20,000 bases of DNA, taken from assembly GCA_965178125.1 (NCBI GenBank), contig OZ237743.1:1351703-1371702 (forward strand), in the 5' to 3' direction. The notes beneath the pieces are model-generated. The model had not been told where the DNA came from and did not search any database. It worked only from the letters and a program-made list of their open reading frames with translations. This document shows positions 18,751 through 20,000 of the stretch, in pieces; within the stretch, counting starts at the first letter, position 1; every line of letters begins with the position of its first letter. The position numbers were made by a program, and so were the translations under genes. The stretch comes from Bilabrum cf. latius (lineage: Eukaryota).

Positions 18751-20000
18751 GGGTTAGGGTTAGGGTTAGGGTTAGGGTTAGGGTTAGGGTTAGGGTTAGG
18801 GTTAGGGTTAGGGTTAGGGTTAGGGTTAGGGTTAGGGTTAGGGTTAGGGTTAGGGTTAGGGTTAGGGTTAGGGTTAGGGTTAGGGTTAGGGTTAGGGTTA
18901 GGGTTAGGGTTAGGGTTAGGGTTAGGGTTAGGGTTAGGGTTAGGGTTAGGGTTAGGGTTAGGGTTAGGGTTAGGGTTAGGGTTAGGGTTAGGGTTAGGGT
19001 TAGGGTTAGGGTTAGGGTTAGGGTTAGGGTTAGGGTTAGGGTTAGGGTTAGGGTTAGGGTTAGGGTTAGGGTTAGGGTTAGGGTTAGGGTTAGGGTTAGG
19101 GTTAGGGTTAGGGTTAGGGTTAGGGTTAGGGTTAGGGTTAGGGTTAGGGTTAGGGTTAGGGTTAGGGTTAGGGTTAGGGTTAGGGTTAGGGTTAGGGTTA
19201 GGGTTAGGGTTAGGGTTAGGGTTAGGGTTAGGGTTAGGGTTAGGGTTAGGGTTAGGGTTAGGGTTAGGGTTAGGGTTAGGGTTAGGGTTAGGGTTAGGGT
19301 TAGGGTTAGGGTTAGGGTTAGGGTTAGGGTTAGGGTTAGGGTTAGGGTTAGGGTTAGGGTTAGGGTTAGGGTTAGGGTTAGGGTTAGGGTTAGGGTTAGG
19401 GTTAGGGTTAGGGTTAGGGTTAGGGTTAGGGTTAGGGTTAGGGTTAGGGTTAGGGTTAGGGTTAGGGTTAGGGTTAGGGTTAGGGTTAGGGTTAGGGTTA
19501 GGGTTAGGGTTAGGGTTAGGGTTAGGGTTAGGGTTAGGGTTAGGGTTAGGGTTAGGGTTAGGGTTAGGGTTAGGGTTAGGGTTAGGGTTAGGGTTAGGGT
19601 TAGGGTTAGGGTTAGGGTTAGGGTTAGGGTTAGGGTTAGGGTTAGGGTTAGGGTTAGGGTTAGGGTTAGGGTTAGGGTTAGGGTTAGGGTTAGGGTTAGG
19701 GTTAGGGTTAGGGTTAGGGTTAGGGTTAGGGTTAGGGTTAGGGTTAGGGTTAGGGTTAGGGTTAGGGTTAGGGTTAGGGTTAGGGTTAGGGTTAGGGTTA
19801 GGGTTAGGGTTAGGGTTAGGGTTAGGGTTAGGGTTAGGGTTAGGGTTAGGGTTAGGGTTAGGGTTAGGGTTAGGGTTAGGGTTAGGGTTAGGGTTAGGGT
19901 TAGGGTTAGGGTTAGGGTTAGGGTTAGGGTTAGGGTTAGGGTTAGGGTTAGGGTTAGGGTTAGGGTTAGGGTTAGGGTTAGGGTTAGGGTTAGGGTTAGG
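18751..20000 (+). repeat. terminal telomere (TTAGGG)~208, G-rich strand running 5'->3' toward the end
   Basis: 1250 bp of uninterrupted TTAGGG to the window end. Confidence 0.97.

Overview
GC-rich, gene-dense eukaryotic (protist-like) chromosome end running into a (TTAGGG)n telomere. The main result is a non-standard nuclear genetic code. TAG occurs 27 times in frame inside five coding regions, 18 of them in one intronless 2849-aa four-domain voltage-gated Ca2+ channel. No in-frame TAA or TGA interrupts any of these genes, and the genes end in TGA (6 cases) or TAA (1 case). UAG therefore appears to be a sense codon, most likely Gln, uncoupled from UAA. Read with this code the window holds: a crystallin J1/SelJ-like ADP-ribosylglycohydrolase (5' part), AP-3 mu subunit, the EEEE Cav-type channel, ZMAT2/Snu23, a COX20-like protein, one hypothetical protein and one secreted, possibly ependymin-like protein. 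The last ~4.7 kb is a layered telomere: a 53-bp minisatellite, ~101 TTAGGG, a ~60-bp leader plus 155-bp satellite (~7 copies), a 5'-truncated gene fragment, 21 TTAGGG, the same leader plus a variant 155-bp satellite (~2.4 copies), and the terminal TTAGGG tract. All protein identifications are from motif recognition by eye; no database search was run.
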